A stretch of 64,000 nt of DNA from Myxococcota bacterium (GTDB lineage: Bacteria > Myxococcota_A > UBA9042 > PHBI01 > JAWLBL01), in contig JAWLBL010000010.1 of the NCBI GenBank assembly GCA_041687695.1, positions 34,676 to 98,675 on the forward strand, written 5' to 3'. Made by a program: the position numbers and the translations under genes. The first letter of the stretch is position 1; each line of letters opens with the position of its first letter. This document shows positions 61,175 to 64,000 of the stretch, in pieces. The notes beneath the pieces are model-generated. The model was not told the DNA's origin. It saw nothing but the letters and a program-made list of their open reading frames with translations, and did no database searches.

Positions 61175-63682
61175 GTGCAGGATCTCCCCGTCGCCGCCGT
61201 CCTCGATCCGCTGGTCGCCGCGCTCCGCGACCGGCGCCGCGTCGTGCTGAAGGCGCCGCCAGGCTCGGGCAAGACCACCCTGGTCCCCATCGCGCTGCAC
61301 CGCGCCGGCTTCACCGCCGCCGGCGAGCTCGTCCTGCTGCAGCCGCGCCGGGTCGCCGCGCGCACGGTCGCCGCGCATCTGGCCCGCCGCCTGGGCGAGC
61401 CGGTCGGCCGCACGGTGGGTTATCAGGTGCGCCTGGACACCCGGGCCAGCCGGGACACGCGCATCCGCGTGGTCACCGAGGGCATCCTGACCGCGCGCCT
61501 GCAGGGCGACCCCGAGCTGTCGGGCGTGCAGGTGGTCGTGCTGGACGAGTTCCACGAGCGCAGCCTGCACGCCGACCTGGCGCTGGCCTTCGTCAAGGAG
61601 GTCCAGGACGCCCTCCGCGACGACCTGGCGCTGGTCGTCATGTCCGCCACGCTCGACCCCGGCCCCATCGCGCGCTACCTGGACGACTGCCCGGTCATCG
61701 AGACGGCGGGGCGGCAGCACCCGGTCGAGGTGGTCTACCTGGACCGCCCCGACGAGCGGCCGCTACCCCAGCGCGTGGCCGGCGGGGTGCGCCGCGTCAT
61801 CGACGAGGGGCGCTCGAACGGAGACGTCCTGGCCTTCTTGCCGGGCGTGCGCGACATCGAGGCGACCGCCGGCCTGCTGCAGGGCGCCCTGGGCCACCGC
61901 GGCTGGGAGCTGGCCCGCCTGCACGGCCGGCTGCCGCCCGAGGCGCAGGACCAGGCGCTGCGACCGACCGGCCGCCCGCGGGTCATCCTGTCGACCAACC
62001 TGGCCGAGACCTCGCTGACCATCGAAGGCGTCGCGGCCGTCGTCGACTCGGGCTGGGCCAAGACGATGCGCCACGACCCGGGGCTGGGCCTCGATCGGCT
62101 CGAGCCCACGCGCATCTCGCTCGCCTCGGCCGACCAGCGCGCCGGCCGCGCGGGCCGCCTGGGCCCCGGCTTCGCGCTGCGGCTGTGGACCGAGCACGAG
62201 CACCGCTCGCTGCAGCCCTTCGATCTCCCGGAGATCCGCCGGGTCGACCTGGCGCAGACGCTGCTCGAGATCCGCGGCTGGGGCGTGAACGACGCCAGCC
62301 GCTTCCCGTTCTACGAGGCGCCCGACCCGTCGGCGGTCGAGCGCGCCGAGGCGCTGCTGGCGCTGCTGGGGCTGACCGAGGGGCCGGGCGCGCCGCTGAC
62401 CGAGCTGGGCCGCCGCGCGCTGCGCATCCCGGCGCACCCGCGGGTCGGTCGCACGCTGCTGGCGGCGGCGGACCACGGCTGGACCCGCGAGGGCGCGCTG
62501 CTGGCGGCGCTGGCCCAGGAGCCGGACGTCGGCGCGGCGCGCGGCGGCGAGCCGCTGCGGGTGGGGGCCTCGGATCTACTCGCGCGCCGCGAGCGCCTGC
62601 GCCGCGACCCGTCGACCCGCGGCGGCGACCACGTCCGGCGCCTGGCCGAGCAGCTGGCGGACGCGGTGGCCAGGGTCGCCCGACCGCCGGCCAGGACGAC
62701 GCCGCCCAGCGAGGACGACCTGTGCGAGCTGCTCCTTTCGGGCTGGCCCGACCGGGTCGCCCGCCGCCGCGGACCGGGCAGCGACGCGCTGGTGATGGTC
62801 GGCGGGCGCGGCCTCGTGCAGGCCCGCGAGAGCTGCGTCAAGGACGACGCGTTCCTCATCGCGCTCGAGGTGGACGCCGGACGGCGGGGCGCCTTCGCGC
62901 GCAGCCTGGTCCGCGCGGCCTCGCGGGTCGACGTGGCCTGGCTCGAGGCGCACCCGGTGACGCGCACCGAGGAGACGCTGCAGTGGGACGCCGGGCGCGA
63001 GCGGGTCGTGGCGACCCGCGCCCGACGCTACATGGATCTGGTGCTGGACGAGGCGCAGGTGCCTATAGGCGACCGCGAGGCGGCCTCGCAGCGGCTCCTC
63101 GAGGCGGCGTCGGCCGACCCGCGCCGGGCGCTGGCGCCGTCCGAGGCGGTCTGGAACCTGCTGCGGCGCGTCACGTCGGCGGCGCGCTGGGCGCCCGAGG
63201 CGGGCCTGCCGAGCGACGCCGACGCCCTGCTGCGCGCCGTCCTGCCGGCCTTGGTCCTCGGCCGCGCCTCCTTCGCCGAGCTGCGCGCGGCCGGACTGCA
63301 GGACGCGCTGCTGGCCGAGCTGGGCTGGGAGGGCCGAAAGCGCGTCGAGGCCCTGGCGCCCGCCGAGATCCCGGTCCCCAGCGGCCGCACGGCGCGCCTC
63401 GCGTATCAGGACGAGGGCCCGCCGGTGCTGTCCATCAAGGTCCAGGAGCTGTTCGGCCTGGCCGAGACGCCGACCGTCGGCGGTGGCCGCCAGCCGGTCG
63501 TGCTGCATCTGCTCAACCCTGCGGGCCGCCCGCTGCAGGTCACCAGCGATCTCGCCAGCTTCTGGAGCCGCACCTGGCCCGAGGTCCGCAAAGAGATGCG
63601 CTCGCGCTACCCCAAGCACCACTGGCCCGAAGACCCGTGGTCGGCCCAGGCCAGCCAGCGCTCGCTCAAGCCGCGGGGCTGA
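61175..63682 (+). CDS. hrpB: ATP-dependent RNA helicase HrpB
   Basis: APPGSGKTT, QPRR, DEFHER, MSAT, ETSLTI, QRAGRAGR, LQVTSDLASFW..RYPKHHWP. Confidence 0.95.
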   Translation: MQDLPVAAVLDPLVAALRDRRRVVLKAPPGSGKTTLVPIALHRAGFTAAGELVLLQPRRVAARTVAAHLARRLGEPVGRTVGYQVRLDTRASRDTRIRVVTEGILTARLQGDPELSGVQVVVLDEFHERSLHADLALAFVKEVQDALRDDLALVVMSATLDPGPIARYLDDCPVIETAGRQHPVEVVYLDRPDERPLPQRVAGGVRRVIDEGRSNGDVLAFLPGVRDIEATAGLLQGALGHRGWELARLHGRLPPEAQDQALRPTGRPRVILSTNLAETSLTIEGVAAVVDSGWAKTMRHDPGLGLDRLEPTRISLASADQRAGRAGRLGPGFALRLWTEHEHRSLQPFDLPEIRRVDLAQTLLEIRGWGVNDASRFPFYEAPDPSAVERAEALLALLGLTEGPGAPLTELGRRALRIPAHPRVGRTLLAAADHGWTREGALLAALAQEPDVGAARGGEPLRVGASDLLARRERLRRDPSTRGGDHVRRLAEQLADAVARVARPPARTTPPSEDDLCELLLSGWPDRVARRRGPGSDALVMVGGRGLVQARESCVKDDAFLIALEVDAGRRGAFARSLVRAASRVDVAWLEAHPVTRTEETLQWDAGRERVVATRARRYMDLVLDEAQVPIGDREAASQRLLEAASADPRRALAPSEAVWNLLRRVTSAARWAPEAGLPSDADALLRAVLPALVLGRASFAELRAAGLQDALLAELGWEGRKRVEALAPAEIPVPSGRTARLAYQDEGPPVLSIKVQELFGLAETPTVGGGRQPVVLHLLNPAGRPLQVTSDLASFWSRTWPEVRKEMRSRYPKHHWPEDPWSAQASQRSLKPRG

Positions 63683-63809
63683 CCCGGCGCGGCCACGGCC
63701 GTAGACCTTCGGCAACCGAGCGGCTCGCAATGTGGATGCTCGCGGCGCGGGCTTGCTCGTTATCCAAGGGCTCGGTTGCACGAACTCGCATCACGGGCCG
63801 GCTACCCTG

Positions 63810-63984
63810 ACCGTGTCCATGTCCATGTCCGTGTCCGTGTCCGTGGCCGTGGCCGTTGGCCGTGACCGTGGCCGTGGCCGTGACCGTGTCGGTGGCCGTT
63901 GGCCGTGACCGTGGCGGTCACTGGGAAGCTGAGTCCGGACTGCACGAGCTTGCTCGTGCTCGTGGGTCGCGCAGCTCGCTGCGC
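63810..63984. repeat. Hexamer tract (gtccgt/gtggcc) plus 50-bp double-hairpin repeat (63935-63984)
   Basis: Reverse complement of 16558-16607 with one mismatch; same arrangement relative to the hexamer tract. Confidence 0.85.
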
Positions 63985-64000
63985 GACGGGTTGGGTGCTG

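Overview
Very GC-rich bacterial DNA, probably Myxococcota-like (inferred from MYXO-CTERM-like tails, Cys-rich surface lipoproteins, Uma2 paralogs and several sigma54 promoters). About 48 genes were supportable. Core or metabolic genes are fbp, serC, hrpB, hppD-hmgA, a tandem tpl-tnaA pair, a bioF-like gene, an FKBP PPIase and a CPA2 antiporter. There is a NorR-controlled nitrosative-stress module (norR / ric-DUF2249 / norEF-like) with visible NorR boxes and a sigma54 promoter, and a complete Wsp-like chemosensory cluster. The best candidate for an undescribed system is a three-lipoprotein operon at 44860-48813. Its first gene has a gasdermin-like pore-forming sequence pattern, its second carries a DUF4384-like domain, and its third is an exported caspase-like protease with an intact His/Cys dyad; Uma2 nuclease genes flank it. 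Other notable items are a coupled operon of a HEAT-repeat protein plus two RCC1/AlgE-like barrel fusions bracketed by a lamin-tail gene and a relic of its 3' end, a SEC-C/RelE-like protein, a lipoprotein-pilin fusion, a CHAP-like protein with an inserted coiled coil, a 59-aa membrane ORF missed by the track, and two families of structured intergenic repeats. No rRNA, tRNA, CRISPR array, integrase or transposase was recognised. All family calls come from motif recognition by eye, not database searches.
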